This document shows, in pieces, positions 63,801-64,000 of a DNA stretch of 64,000 nucleotides. The DNA is from Takakia lepidozioides. Lineage: Eukaryota > Plantae > Bryophyta. The notes below the pieces were generated by a model. It was given only the letters and a program-made list of their open reading frames with translations, was not told where the DNA came from and did not search any database. The stretch lies in NCBI GenBank assembly GCA_030704615.1, contig CM060731.1:63550001-63614000 (forward strand). The letters are read 5' to 3'. The position numbers were made by a program, and so were the translations under genes. The stretch's first letter is position 1. Every line of letters begins with the position of its first letter.

Positions 63801-64000
63801 AAGAGTACTGCTTACTATCCTCAAGAAAACGGTCAGGCCGAATCTACCAACAAAATATTATGCACTATCTTAACCAAGATAGTAAATGCCAATCGTACAG
63901 ATTGGGACACCAAATTGAACACAGCACTATGGGCATTCAAGACATCATACAAGGTGACCACGAAGCATACACCATTTCAACTGGTGTATGGAGCAGAGGC
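57870..64000 (+). mobile_element. Non-chromovirus Ty3/Gypsy (Athila/Ogre/Phygy-like) internal region, decayed, continuing beyond the window
   Basis: gag 59084-60016 (YDGKSDPDIHL, WFINGL); protease VLIDGGSG 60262-61050; RT 61469-62186 (MSFGLCNAPATFQR, FLDD); RNase H 62259-62790; integrase from ~63135 (ELHEG..GGHF, WGLDF, SDQGSHF, GQAES). Confidence 0.93.

Overview
Eukaryotic, transposon-saturated DNA with no intact host gene. It is most consistent with a seedless land plant (moss, lycophyte or fern), inferred from PLS-class PPR fragments, Tcn1-like chromoviruses, a PHD-bearing Gypsy integrase and GT-AG introns. The left 40 kb is one dead hAT transposase broken into three pieces: 2940-3581 (+), 38115-38268 (-) and 38899-40269 (+). 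Two CACTA insertions (TSDs ACA and AAT) and an inversion caused the breakage, and the pieces rejoin without loss. Inside that nest are a spliced CACTA TnpA-like pseudogene, a TSD-bounded LINE fragment, and a 15.4-kb array of ~15 near-identical 1011-bp units. The units are built from palindrome-rich 120-bp subrepeats, and a diverged, inverted relative abuts the array. The nest also holds PPR pseudogene fragments, a Gypsy element, and a complete but decayed protein-kinase gene. The kinase has its own TATA box, polyA signal and upstream 52-bp hairpin array, and sits inside a CACTA end. The right 24 kb holds a PHD-finger integrase remnant, MITEs (a hAT type with a nested MULE type), tRNA-derived SINEs, an L1 3' end, self-nested and rearranged Tcn1-like chromoviruses, and a non-chromovirus Gypsy running off the window. 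The best novelty candidates are the CACTA-borne kinase cassette and the TE-derived satellite. All calls come from manual reading of the sequence; no database searches were run.
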